A stretch of 63,827 nt of DNA, filler included, from Octopus bimaculoides (Eukaryota): the NCBI RefSeq assembly GCF_001194135.2. It is 4 parts of 4 records of this genome, joined end to end, with 100 filler letters (N's around TTAATTAATTAA, not from the genome) between each part and the next. Parts side by side here need not be neighbours in the genome. Positions count along the whole stretch, not along the records: positions 33,840 to 53,297 come from NC_068989.1; positions 53,398 to 63,827 come from NC_068984.1; 2 more parts are not named here. One strand, 5' to 3'. Positions within the stretch are counted from its first letter, which is position 1. The number at the start of each line of letters is the position of its first letter. Below, one piece after another: positions 41,371 through 54,003 of the stretch. Position numbers and translations under genes: made by a program. The notes under the pieces are model-generated. The model did no database searches. It was not told the DNA's origin and worked only from the letters and a program-made list of their open reading frames with translations.

Positions 41371-41993
41371 CGTGTGTGTGTGTGTGAGTGTGTGTGTGTG
41401 TGTATACATATGTGTGTGTCTGTGTACACATGTATGTGCATATATATATGTGAATATTATTTTGGTCAAAGTCTAATCTGTCACTCACGTACGCACACAC
41501 ACACATACACACCGGCATATATATATACATGTCTCAAGACGTGTGCGTGTTTCTGTGCGTATGTGCGTGTTGTGGGTTTGTGTCTGTGGGAATTATGTGT
41601 GCTTATACGTAAATACGCATGTGTTTATACGTAAATACGCATGTGTTTATGTCTGAGTGTGTTCCTGTGTACGTGTGAATCTACTTTTGTACAGATAAAT
41701 ATGAACCTAGCCAGTAAAATTTTTATTAATCTAAAGATAATGAGATTGCACAACAACTAAAAACATAGTCGGTGCTACGAGTATATAAAAAATAATTATA
41801 ATAAATAAAATATATTGGGATGACCAATTATAAACACCACTGGAATTCACACACAAGGTACATGGAACTTATATATACACCATTCTGCTTAAATAATGGA
41901 ACTACATATCTTACGTCTGTTTTCATTCATCCGCTTCATTCTGTATTTCATATTTTCTTCATAATAACTATCACTTAAGCATTTTCTTGCACC

Positions 41994-42041
41994 GTCTCTG
42001 ATGAAGGGATATATAAAATATCCCGGAAACAGCTGTAAGAC
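41994..42041 (+). ncRNA. Minimal type I hammerhead ribozyme motif (C3-G8 core)
   Basis: GTCT-CTGATGA-A-GGGATAT(ATAAA)ATATCCC-G-GAA-ACAGCTGT-A/AGAC: 4-bp stem I, 7-bp stem II, palindromic stem III, GUA cleavage triplet. Confidence 0.8.
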
Positions 42042-42109
42042 ATTCTCTTTATAAATATTCTAAAAACTTTCGAAGCTTTGTATTTTTTTTATTTCATCCT
42101 GTTAATTTA

Positions 42110-42157
<48 letters not shown>

Positions 42158-42717
42158 NNNNNNNNNNNNNNNNNNNNNNNNNNNNNNNNNNNNNNNNNNN
42201 NNNNNNNNNNNNNNNNNNNNNNNNNNNNNNNNNNNNNNNNNNNNNNNNNNNNNNNNNNNNNNNNNNNNNNNNNNNNNNNNNNNNNNNNNNNNNNNNNNNN
42301 NNNNNNNNNNNNNNNNNNNNNNNNNNNNNNNNNNNNNNNNNNNNNNNNNNNNNNNNNNNNNNNNNNNNNNNNNNNNNNNNNNNNNNNNNNNNNNNNNNNN
42401 NNNNNNNNNNNNNNNNNNNNNNNNNNNNNNNNNNNNNNNNNNNNNNNNNNNNNNNNNNNNNNNNNNNNNNNNNNNNNNNNNNNNNNNNNNNNNNNNNNNN
42501 NNNNNNNNNNNNNNNNNNNNNNNNNNNNNNNNNNNNNNNNNNNNNNNNNNNNNNNNNNNNNNNNNNNNNNNNNNNNNNNNNNNNNNNNNNNNNNNNNNNN
42601 NNNNNNNNNNNNNNNNNNNNNNNNNNNNNNNNNNNNNNNNNNNNNNNNNNNNNNNNNNNNNNNNNNNNNNNNNNNNNNNNNNNNNNNNNNNNNNNNNNNN
42701 NNNNNNNNNNNNNNNNN

Positions 42718-42756
<39 letters not shown>

Positions 42757-42792
42757 TTATATATATACATATACATATACACACATACATAC

Positions 42793-42825
<33 letters not shown>

Positions 42826-42991
42826 CCTGTTTATCCCTCCAGCATCGCTTGAAAACCGATGTTCGTATGTTTACGTTCCTGTAACCTAAGGTTCGGCAAA
42901 GGAAACCGAAACTAAAACTGGCGGAAACTGAAAGAAGCCTGTCGTAAATATACCCTTTTACTTCTGCCAAATATTAATAATAATGATAATA

Positions 42992-43030
<39 letters not shown>

Positions 43031-43453
43031 CGTTTGTTGAAATAAATATTGTTAGATTTCGGGATGGTCATTTAAAATTTTCTTTTTTTCTTTCTTTTTG
43101 CGAAATAAACACCCGCACTATATATTCGGGATATGGAAAGTGTGGCTGAAGAGATCACAGACAATGGACATCATTTGAAATAAGAACAGTAATAAACGAG
43201 TGAAGAACGACTGTATAGTGCGTGTGTTTATATACATATAAGAAGGATAACCACTAGGTGGACATCCAGTATGCAAGATGTAGACCCCATATGGTCTGAT
43301 CACTAAGAAAAGATTGTTCTCAAGAAAATTCACCAAGTGACCTGATCTGAGATCGTGTGCTTAAACACAAACAATTGCAGCGTGGAAGGGTGTTTATAAG
43401 TCATTAAAAAACACAAAAAACCGTTAGTTTCTCTTCAACATTTAAATTTAATT

Positions 43454-43499
43454 TGCCAAAATATTTTCGTCGGTTTGAGACCGCAACCTGTTCACTGAC
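43454..43499 (-). ncRNA. Minimal hammerhead motif, G3-C8 variant
   Basis: Minus strand: GTCA-GTGAACA-G-GTTG..(loop)..CGAC-GAA-AATATT-T/TGGC; 4-bp stems I and II, each with one G-U pair. Confidence 0.6.
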
Positions 43500-43830
43500 G
43501 CCGGTCAGTTTATCAGTAGGCCTTTTAAGAGCCTTACGGCGTAAATTACGATCGATTTATTTGATCAAAAGAGAAATCAAATCGATGTTACAATCGTTTT
43601 CGTAAATCGTAATTTTGGGGCAATGTTTAATCTTTTATCTTTTACTTTTTTCAGTCACTAGACTGCGACCATGTTGGGACACTGACTTGAAGAACGTTTA
43701 GGCGAATGAATCGGCCCCCAACATTCATTTGTTTAAAGCTTTATACTTATTCTATCATCCGCACTTGCGAACCGCTATGTAACGAGACGTAAACACCCCA
43801 ACACACATCGTCAAGTGGCGGTGGGGGACA

Positions 43831-43896
<66 letters not shown>

Positions 43897-44383
43897 ATGT
43901 ATATATACATATATATGCAAAGGGCTTCTTTCAATTTCCGTCTTCTAAATCCACTCTGAAGGCTTTGGCCGGTCTAAAGTTATAGAAGAAGGCACTTGCC
44001 TAAATTGCAATGCAGTGGAACTGAACTTGGAACCGTGTCGTTGGGAAGGCAGTTTCTTACCACACAGCCACACTTGCGCCTGTGGAATAACAATATATGA
44101 GGCATATATTGAATCTCTTGCGCGACATAAGGCATGCAATAAATAACGTTTGTTTATGGAAATTATTATAGCATCGATTTGAGTTCTCTTTTCCTGTGTG
44201 TGTGTGTGTGTGTGTGTGCACGCACGCGTGTGCATGTGCTTGCGGGTGTGTGTGTGTGTGTGTGTGTCTGTACTTGTGCGTACAGACGTGCAAATATATG
44301 TATGCATGTTGATGGACATAAATCATATATGTATATACATATATATGTATATACATAAATATGTATATACATATATATGTATA

Positions 44384-44421
<38 letters not shown>

Positions 44422-45393
44422 ATATATCCTAATATATAGTATATACCTTAATATCCTGATAATAATATAGGAAATAAACTCTTAGTGATGATTTTGAGCA
44501 TTAAAATCGCGAGAGCGCTGGATGTGGTTTTTAGTTATGTAAAGGCATTCTCTATTTTTTAAACCATTTTTGCCAGGGAGAAAACGCGACACCTATTGCC
44601 CTTTGATCTTATAGGATCCAGAAGACTCCAATGAATGAGGAAGAAAGGATGTCATCTTGAATATGAGGCCCAGTCTAAATACTCCTAAACAGAAGAAATT
44701 CCTCTGTAAATCTACCAAAGTCTCAGAAAAGTTTAGTGCACCAACGAAGAAATCAGAATATCAAGAACCAGAAGAAATACCATTAGTCATCTCGTTCATT
44801 TCTCTTACACTTCCACCAATCGACTGCTCTGGGTTGGTACTTTACTTTATCGACCCTGGATGGATGAAAGATAGAGTTAAAATCAATGGAATTCGAAGCG
44901 CAGATAGCCGAATCAGATGTGTGAAGGCAATATATTCAGCACTCTATCAAACCTGTAAATTCGCCGAATTTAAACACTATACTTTTCGGTGTCGCCTTGT
45001 AACTAACTAATAAATCAGTATTTAGTAACATCCCATCACATACGCAAACACGTTTCAAGATCATGTTGAGGGCGACTTCAAACAAACAATTTTCAGGAGC
45101 TGGAAAAAAAGCCTTTTTGATATTTCTTTTTATATTCAAATGCCGCCGTTGTCGACTTTGCCTTTCATTATTTCGGGGTCAATAAAATAAGTACCAGTTA
45201 AGTACTGGTGTCAATGTAATCGATTTGGCCCCTTCTCGTAAATTGCAGGCCTTGTGTCAAAATTTGAAATCGATATTTCGTTTTTTATATTTTTGCAATA
45301 ATTAACTTGTGTCTCTGTATATTCGAAGATACAATTCGCACGCAAACCTTTTGGACTTTGCATGCATAAATAAGAAACACAATTTTAATATAT

Positions 45394-45898
45394 TATTAGC
45401 GACGAATGTAGTATTAATACCAACAAGTAGTCTTTATATGCAACTTAACATGGATGCCTTATTAGAATACCAAATACTGCGTTATTAGAATTGAGAAATG
45501 CTCTCAAAGGCGTTTGGTGCATAAAAGCACACGCATAGACCGTAGCAAATGTAATCCATTACGGGCGCCGAAATCCCCATTTCACGTGATCCCGATGTTT
45601 TGGACATCTTCATTGGGAAATACCGATCAATGCTAGGCAGATAGATTTCGCTGCCACTACATGTAGAATGTCAGTATCTTATCAGGCGCTGATATCGCAA
45701 ATAGCCCGCAGGCTTATCAGAAATTAATTATTAGCGACGGAAGCAGTTTTATAACCAAAAGGTGATCTTTATACTCAGCTTAATATTGATGCTTTGTTAT
45801 AACACCGAATGCTGCGTAATTAGCCTTGAGAGAACCTCTCATACAGGCGCTTGGTGGATAAAGACACATGCATAAATCGTAGCAGATGGAATTCGTCT
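45394..45898 (+). repeat. Diverged direct duplication, about 170-bp units, 335-bp offset
   Basis: 45394-45560 and 45729-45898 share colinear blocks (TATTAGCGACG, TCTTTATA, GATGC.TT.TTA.AA.ACC, CTGCGT.ATTAG, GGCG.TTGGTG, CGTAGCA.ATG.AAT). Confidence 0.75.
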
Positions 45899-46144
45899 GT
45901 CATTTAATATAACTTTTCAGAGTTTTAGAAGCCAGCTAGCAATTGAAACTACGTTCATGCGATACGTACCCTATTATTCCGATATGGTCTTTGCTTCTTA
46001 AAACTACATAGCCTGGTTTAACAAACAAGAATCACCATTCATACACACACACATACACTCACACACATATGCACGCCCCTACGCACGCACGCACACTCTC
46101 ACACACACATATATACAGACACATACACATAGAGATAGATAGAC

Positions 46145-46177
<33 letters not shown>

Positions 46178-46546
46178 TATAGATAGATAGATAGATAGAT
46201 AGACAAACAAATAGATAGGGAGAGAGAGAGAGAGAAACAGATAGGCAGAGAGGGGGAGAGATTCATATCTTCGGGTTTCTTAACTCCCACTCCCGGCCAT
46301 TTTTTTTTTCTACGTTCCGCCCATGTACATATTATCTCAGTATGCAATGGTTTGGTTTGCTGCGGGGCGTGGGACATTAGTAAGTTAGTGACTGAGAGAC
46401 TGTGAAGCTTTCGTGGCCGAACAGCAATGACGATGGTTGTTGGGGGTGGAGGAAAAAAAAGAAAAAAGAGGAACTGTTGTAAATTTAAGGACGAATAACA
46501 GACGATAAGAAGTAATAGGAAACGGAAAGGGAAGGGAAAGATATAG

Positions 46547-46631
<85 letters not shown>

Positions 46632-47141
46632 GACAGAGAGACAGACAGACAGACAGACAGACAAACAAACAGACAGACAGACAGACAGGCAGAAAGAAAG
46701 AATGGGAGAAGATCCTGTCTACAGCTTAAAAAAATATGAAAAGGATGGAAGGAGAAAAGGGCAAAAAAATATGCTAGGAGTGGAATAGGAAGACAAGGAA
46801 TAAAGTAAGTGGGAGGTGATACTATGCTAATACCAGTAGAACGAGGAGATTAAAGACTAGAGAGAGAGTGAGAGAGATAGAGAGAGACGGAGGTAGAAGG
46901 AGGAGGATCGGGAGGGAGAGGAGAGGAAAGAGAAGAGGGCGCATATAAACGTAAAGAAGTAGCATACAAGGCGGGTGTCACACCATGACACGAATTCAAT
47001 GATTGAAACCAAATAAAACTTTTGTGCGTGTGCGTGTGTGTCTGTATTTGTCTTTGTCTGTCTGTCTATCTATCTATCTATCAATCCATCTATCTTTCAA
47101 TCCATCTATTTATCACTGTCTCTCTCTCTCTCTCTCTCCCC

Positions 47142-47328
47142 ACCATCGCTTGACAACTGATGCTGGTGTTTTTACGTCCCCGTAAATTAGCGGTTCGGCA
47201 AAAAGCGACGGATAGAATAAGTACCAGGCTTACAAAAAATAAGTCATGGGGTCGATTTGCTAGACTAAAAAGGCGGTGCTCCAGCATGGCCACAGTCAAA
47301 TGACTGAAACAAGTAAAAGAATAAAAGA

Positions 47329-47330
<2 letters not shown>
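47142..47330 (+). mobile_element. SINE-like repeat, family B (well preserved)
   Basis: Colinear with 855-1038; tail runs into (TA)n. Confidence 0.85.
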
Positions 47331-47377
<47 letters not shown>

Positions 47378-47773
47378 TTATTTAAATAATAAGGGTGGGG
47401 TGTTAGAAATACCTACACCGTGGTCATATTTTCTGACTATAGTAGTTTTCCTTTTTGGTAAAACATTGCACGTTGTTCTCTATGCATATATATATATTTA
47501 GGTTATATTCTGTTAAGAACGTAGTAGAGTGCAGTGTAAAGCTGGTCCACCTTCAGATTTCACCCAGTTCTTCCCGTTATATATATTTACGAGAATGCGC
47601 GCGCGTGTGTGTGAGCTGTGAATCTCGAAGTAGATAAAACGATAAAATAATAGCGTGTAAAATGATGCGTTGTAAATCCCTGTAGATAAAAAAAGTCGAA
47701 AGTTGTCCATACGTACATGCATAAATACATATATACATACTACATCACTATTTCCCTCGTTATACACAAATGC

Positions 47774-47839
<66 letters not shown>

Positions 47840-49330
47840 GAGGTAAAAGATAAAGCGGGAGCAAGAGGGAGAGAGAAAGGGAGACAGACAGACAGACAGA
47901 CAAAAAAGTGAAAGAGATATTGAAAATAAGAAACACACGAAAAACAAAAAGCAACAAAAGAAATGGACATGGTGGGATAATAAAATATTTTACTTAAACG
48001 CTCAGAGAAATCGAAAGTTGATAAGTGTGTGTGTGCGCGCTTGTGCGTGTCTATGCGCGTATATGTGTGTGTGCGTGAGTGTGTATGTGTGTGTACACAT
48101 ATATATATAATATGTATATATGTGTGTATATATATATGCATTTGTGTGTGTGCGTGTGCGTGTGCGTGTGACTGTATGTTCTATAATGCACACGAACACG
48201 CACACACAGATGCGCATATATATATATATATATATATATANNNNNNNNNNNNNNNNNNNNNNNNNNNNNNNNNNNNNNNNNNNNNNNNNNNNNNNNNNNN
48301 NNNNNNNNNNNNNNNNNNNNNNNNNNNNNNNNNNNNNNNNNNNNNNNNNNNNNNNNNNNNNNNNNNNNNNNNNNNNNNNNNNNNNNNNNNNNNNNNNNNN
48401 NNNNNNNNNNNNNNNNNNNNNNNNNNNNNNNNNNNNNNNNNNNNNNNNNNNNNNNNNNNNNNNNNNNNNNNNNNNNNNNNNNNNNNNNNNNNNNNNNNNN
48501 NNNNNNNNNNNNNNNNNNNNNNNNNNNNNNNNNNNNNNNNNNNNNNNNNNNNNNNNNNNNNNNNNNNNNNNNNNNNNNNNNNNNNNNNNNNNNNNNNNNN
48601 NNNNNNNNNNNNNNNNNNNNNNNNNNNNNNNNNNNNNNNNNNNNNNNNNNNNNNNNNNNNNNNNNNNNNNNNNNNNNNNNNNNNNNNNNNNNNNNNNNNN
48701 NNNNNNNNNNNNNNNNNNNNNNNNNNNNNNNNNNNNNNNNNNNNNNNNNNNNNNNNNNNNNNNNNNNNNNNNNNNNNNNNNNNNNNNNNNNNNNNNNNNN
48801 NNNNNNNNNNNNNNNNNNNNNNNNNNNNNNNNNNNNNNNNNNNNNNNNNNNNNNNNNNNNNNNNNNNNNNNNNNNNNNNNNNNNNNNNNNNNNNNNNNNN
48901 NNNNNNNNNNNNNNNNNNNNNNNNNNNNNNNNNNNNNNNNNNNNNNNNNNNNNNNNNNNNNNNNNNNNNNNNNNNNNNNNNNNNNNNNNNNNNNNNNNNN
49001 NNNNNNNNNNNNNNNNNNNNNNNNNNNNNNNNNNNNNNNNNNNNNNNNNNNNNNNNNNNNNNNNNNNNNNNNNNNNNNNNNNNNNNNNNNNNNNNNNNNN
49101 NNNNNNNNNNNNNNNNNNNNNNNNNNNNNNNNNNNNNNNNNNNNNNNNNNNNNNNNNNNNNNNNNNNNNNNNNNNNNNNNNNNNNNNNNNNNNNNNNNNN
49201 NNNNNNNNNNNNNNNNNNNNNNNNNNNNNNNNNNNNNNATATATATATATATGCATATCAAGCAATCAAGACTGAACTGGAATCGCATTGTGACCATAAC
49301 TGGTCGATGCTGTGATATTGTGATACTGTG

Positions 49331-49376
<46 letters not shown>

Positions 49377-49716
49377 GGCTGAGTGTGTGTGTGGGGGGGA
49401 GGGAGGTATTTGTGTACAGCAAGGTATAGAGGCCGTTAAAATAAGGTGGAGTATGAGAGGGAAGGGAAAGTGGGAGGGAAAACGAAGAGGTGAAACGACA
49501 ACAGACGAATAACGAAATAAAACTAGGTTAGGAATAGTGAGCTAAGGAGAGGGGAGATAGAGAAATGAAACTAATGAAAATACCGTGGTGATGTGGGAGG
49601 AGTAATATCTTTGTCTGTCGCTGCTTCTGTTAGGTTTTTAGTTTAAAAAGATTCTCACCAATAGAGAAATACGAAGTTTTCTCTTCACTCGAAGATTCGC
49701 TTATTTGAATGTAGAC

Positions 49717-50123
49717 CAGTGGTTCTCAACGGGGATCCACCTGATCTTTGGGAGACCATTTTGCTGTTAAAATGTATGCACAGTATCTACAATACATAGA
49801 ATATTTCAAGAATGTTATTTTAATACAATACTTGTATATTTTATCATTTACTTGTTTCAGTCATCAGACTGGAGCACCGCCTTGGAAAAAAAAAAATAAA
49901 TAAAGTCTGCTCCGCATGAGGTCCGAACTCACGACCTCGAGGTCTCTCGAGGCACTTTGGAATTATGAGATTAACTCACTGCCTATTGCGCTCACGGAGC
50001 ATTAATAATAGGTATTATAAAATATATATTAGGATCTGTTAAACATCCAATGGCTATGGGGGTCCAGCGGGGTAAATTAGGTACCAAAGGTGTCCCTATG
50101 CAAAAGGTGATGGAAAACCGTTG
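49717..50123. mobile_element. hAT-type MITE (407 bp) with 8-bp TSD
   Basis: Left end CAGTGGTTCTCAAC; right end GGAAAACCGTTG (imperfect TIR). ATGTAGAC is duplicated exactly at 49709-49716 and 50124-50131. Confidence 0.8.
49908..50000 (-). tRNA. tRNA-Met(CAT)-like gene or pseudogene with about 20-nt insert at the canonical intron position
   Basis: Minus strand: GCTCCGT GA GCGC AATAGGCA GTGA G TTAAT CTCATAA..20 nt extra..AGGTC GTGAG TTCGGAC CTCAT GCGGAGC A, then an oligo-T run. Acceptor and T stems pair; the anticodon stem does not. Confidence 0.6.
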
Positions 50124-50261
50124 ATGTAGACAATATGAACTAGACCGTTGACGGTCCTTAAGTGTGTCTGTGTGTATGAGTGTGTGTCTGTGCAAATGAG
50201 TGTGCGTGCGTGGTGTGTGTGAGCGAGCGTATGTATGTACATATGTATACATAAAGGGGGA

Positions 50262-50425
50262 GGGGCATGGCTGTATGGTTAGAAGCTTGGCTTCCTAACC
50301 ACATAGTCCCGGGTTCAGTCACACTGCATGACACCTTGGACAAGTGTCTTCTATTATAGCCCCGAGCCGATCAAAGCCTTGTGAGTGGATTTGGTAGACG
50401 GAAACAAAAAGAAACTCGTCGTATA
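50262..50425 (+). mobile_element. SINE family C
   Basis: GGCATGGCTGTATGGTTAGAAGCTTGGCTTCCTAACCACATAGTCCCGGGTTCAGTC...GGTAGACGGAAAC. Confidence 0.85.
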
Positions 50426-50730
50426 NNNNNNNNNNNNNNNNNNNNNNNNNNNNNNNNNNNNNNNNNNNNNNNNNNTATATATATATATACATACACACAC
50501 ACATGTGTGTGTTCGCCTAACATCATCTCGTGACAACCGGTTAATGCATATTTACGTTCCCGTATCATTGTGGTTCGGCAAAAGTAACCAATATATATAT
50601 ATATATATGCATCTATGTGTGTATATATATATATATATATAAGTGTGTATATAGATGTGTGTGTGTGTATAAATAAATAAATATATATATAAGTGTATAT
50701 ATATTATATACATATATAATATAACATATA

Positions 50731-51620
50731 TACGAGATCTGATCAATAAGTATCCGGACTGTTGCTATAAAAATCAAAACTACAACATATACCAACTGGG
50801 CATTTGATCTCCTTCAAAGTAGTCCCTTTCGGAAGCCACACACTTAATCTTCCGTTGTTTCCATTGATGGACGTTTTCCTGGAACTCGTTTTCTGGGATA
50901 ATCAGCAGCTGCCTCGTTACATTCCCTTTGATTTCCTCGACGTCCAGATATCTTCTTCGTTTCAAGCGGGATTTGAGTTTTGGAAAGAGGAAAATTTCGC
51001 AAGGTACGAGAACCGGGGAATACGGTGGCTGTCAAACCTGGGGAAAGCTGTACGCAGCCAAAAACTGCTGCACAAGCTGAGCTGAATGGGTAGGTGCGTT
51101 GTCATGGTGCAATTGCCACTCACCGAACGCATGCAATTGTGGCCTTTTCTGACGAATAGCATCCCTCAAACGCTACAAAACCTCACGGCAGTACTCCTTG
51201 TTTACATTTGGACCATGCGGAGGATATTCATGATGAATAATCCCCTTGCAGTCGAAGAAAACGGTCACATTGCTTCGACTCATTCGCGCTTTCCTCGGTC
51301 AAAGAGAGATTGGGATTTTACGCTGCGAGGACTGAGCCTTTGTTTCGGGGTCATAGCCATAGACCCACGATTCATCACCATTTATGACCATTTTCAAAAT
51401 GTTTTCATCGTTCTCGACACAATCAAGGAGATCTTGAGCAACTGAAACCCGAGTGTTGTTTTGGTCAGCTGAAAGCAGTTTTGGCACAAACTTGGCAGAC
51501 ACGCATCTCATACCCAAATCTTCTGTGATAATGGACCGAGCTAAACCGTAACTAACCTGCACAACCTCCGATAACTCATGGATGGGGATTCGACGATTTC
51601 CCCTCACAGCTGCACGCACA
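50731..51620 (-). pseudogene. Mariner (Tc1/mariner) transposase pseudogene with 3' TIR
   Basis: Motifs KFVPKLL, INGDESWVYGYDPETK, WQLHHDNAPT and QPPYSPVLVPCEIFLFPKLK (decayed YSPDLAPCDF). TIR TA-CGAGATCTGATCAATAAGTATCCGGAC at 50731. Stops, frameshifts and 5' truncation. Confidence 0.9.
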
Positions 51621-52204
51621 TCTATATATATGTGTGTGTGTGTGTGTGTGTGCATATACATACATACATACATACACGAATTTGTTCTGCATAATTGTGT
51701 AAACGTATACAGTGAGACAGTATTTATACCGAGCGAGCCAGCCACACCATTGCGTCAGTTTCGACTATCTATCACTGGTTAAAGGACACCAGTTTTGTGT
51801 ACATCCTCACATTCCCTTTCAAGGTGAAATAGTCGACACAAGTTTAGCCGTAGGGAAAAAGTATTATTACCAAGTTCTGTCCTTAGATGTCATGCAACTT
51901 CGCGCTAAATCACATGTTTGTCTATAGCTTTCTTCTAGATCAATGCTTTTCAATCGGAGGCCATGTGGCCCTTGAGGGCCCATATAAGATTTTGTTGTTA
52001 AAATTTATGTTCGATAAATTGATTATACCTTTACAATACAGAAAATATTTTAACAATTTTTTTTTATAGAATTCCTAATATTTGTCTATAAAAACATATC
52101 TCCTATCCTTTATCTTTTACTGGTTTCAGTCAAAGCTGTGTCCATGCTGGAGCACCAACTTTCAATATGTTTGGATTTCTTTTCTGTGTGACATTTGACC
52201 GCAG

Positions 52205-52350
52205 TTTTTAACCAGATGGGTGACGACATTGCGATTCCTTGCTGGCTCATAGAGGTCTGAACACAGCAATGCAGGACCGTGTAGTGTGGAAAGGAATTGT
52301 CAATGGAGTTCCGACCAGACATAGGTTGGTCGAACGACGATTATGATGAT
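52205..52350 (+). mobile_element. RTE-like extreme 3' remnant
   Basis: TAMQDRVVWKGIV-like motif followed by a (GAT)-rich tail. Confidence 0.4.
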
Positions 52351-52714
52351 GGTAGAGTTAGAATAGATATATATATTCAGTTCTGAAATATTATAAATAT
52401 TATTGGTGGTTTCCCAACACCATTTTATAGATGAACGATAAAATTTTTTGTGTTAATCAGCCAATAAAGCGTACCCGTATGCATGTATGAACATTGGACT
52501 ATTGAAAACACAAGCGTGCAGAGAAAACAAGAAATATATTATGAATTATTTCAATCTTGATTCAAGTACCTTTTTATTTATTTCAGCCGCGCTTGTTTAT
52601 GCATGATTGTATATTTGTGTATATAAAGATAAATGTACGTACGTGTATATGTATGTGTGTGTGTATGTATGTATGTATGTATGTATGTATGTATGTATGT
52701 ATGTATTTATATAT

Positions 52715-52891
52715 ACGATGGGCTGTTTTCTGTTTCCGTTTACCAAATCCACTCACAAGGCTTTTTGTGTCGGCCCGAGGATATGGCGGTTGACACTTCC
52801 TTGTCCAAGGTGCCACACAGTAGGACTGAACCCTGAACCTTGTGGTTGGAAATGGAAAACAAACTTCTTAACACACAGCCACTACTGCGCC
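52715..52891 (-). mobile_element. SINE family C
   Basis: Reverse complement of the family C consensus; tail in (TA)/(TATG)n. Confidence 0.8.
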
Positions 52892-53098
52892 TATGTGATT
52901 AATACTGCACAGTAAAAAAGAAGAAATGGTAACATGCCCAATATAAAGAAAATATAAATAACATTAGTCGTAATTCCTTCGCTCGGAGTTTTCTGTTTTG
53001 AAAGTCGTATCTCTCACCGGGTGGTGTAAACGAGACACAATGTAAATTAATTCTCACAGGAAGTTATATATTTAGAATTACAAAAATATATGTACACA

Positions 53099-53262
53099 GC
53101 CGCAGGAGTGGCTATGTGGTAAGGAGTTGCTTCCCAATCACATGGTTCCAGGGTCAGTCCCACTGCATGGCACCTTAGGCAAGTGTCTTCTAATATAGCC
53201 TCGAGTCGACCAAAGCTTTGTGAGCGGATTTGGTAGACGGAAACTGAAAGAAGCCCATCGTA
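53099..53262 (+). mobile_element. SINE family C
   Basis: GCCGCAGGAGTGGCTATGTGGTAAGG...GGAAACTGAAAGAAGCCCATCGTATA then (TA)n. Confidence 0.85.
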
Positions 53263-53397
53263 TAGTCGTATATATATATATATATATATATATATATNNN
53301 NNNNNNNNNNNNNNNNNNNNNNNNNNNNNNNNNNNNNNNNNTTAATTAATTAANNNNNNNNNNNNNNNNNNNNNNNNNNNNNNNNNNNNNNNNNNNN

Positions 53398-53690
53398 TTT
53401 TTGTTTGTTTATTTCACCGTTTCGTTTTCCTGTCTTGTTTTCCGTCCGCCACTACCCTCCACGAAAACAATTTAATCTGTGCTCGTGGGAAGAACCATTT
53501 TAACGATGCGTATTGCCTTAATTCTTCGAAACGCCGGAGTTCTAATGATGGCAGCTGATGAAGGGGATGTTTTTATGTGGCCTGCTTGTTTGTTGCACCT
53601 TGTTTACCATTTTGTCCTTTTTCTTTTGCCACGTCATGTACCCAGTTATGTTTCTATATGTACATGTAGATGAACGTATATACATACATG
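53398..53690 (+). mobile_element. Partial relative of the 32642-33309 element
   Basis: Same motif order: TCACCGTTT..CTGTCTTGTT, ACCCTCC, CGTATTG..CTTCGAAACGC, CTGA(T/C)GAAGG, TGTACCCA. Confidence 0.55.
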
Positions 53691-53711
53691 TACATATATA
53701 TGCATATACTC

Positions 53712-53789
<78 letters not shown>

Positions 53790-53797
53790 CGTATATA

Positions 53798-54003
53798 GTC
53801 AATCCAAACAAGAACAAGCAAGAAAAAACAACGATGCGAGGACGTGGTACAAGTACTGCTATTGGACGCTCAGGAAATGAAAGAAAAGAAAGTGGATTTC
53901 ACGTTTCGAGCGGAGCTCTTCATCAGAAATATAGAAAAAGTCCAAAGAAAGGAAGCCGGAGAGAAAAAAATCGTCAACGATACACACGCGTCACATTTTG
54001 AAA
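53798..54003 (-). mobile_element. About 205-bp hammerhead-bearing interspersed repeat (PLE terminal-repeat-like)
   Basis: Reverse complement aligns along its length with 58307-58504; outer end abuts (TA)n. Confidence 0.75.
53896..53930 (-). ncRNA. Minimal hammerhead motif with G at position 17
   Basis: ATTT-CTGATGA-A-GAGC(TCC)GCTC-GAA-ACGT-G/AAAT. Confidence 0.6.

Noticed and set aside
44657-45010. 117-aa plus-strand ORF
   Set aside because: Its second half is a decayed SINE; the nearby acceptor leads to stops in all frames.
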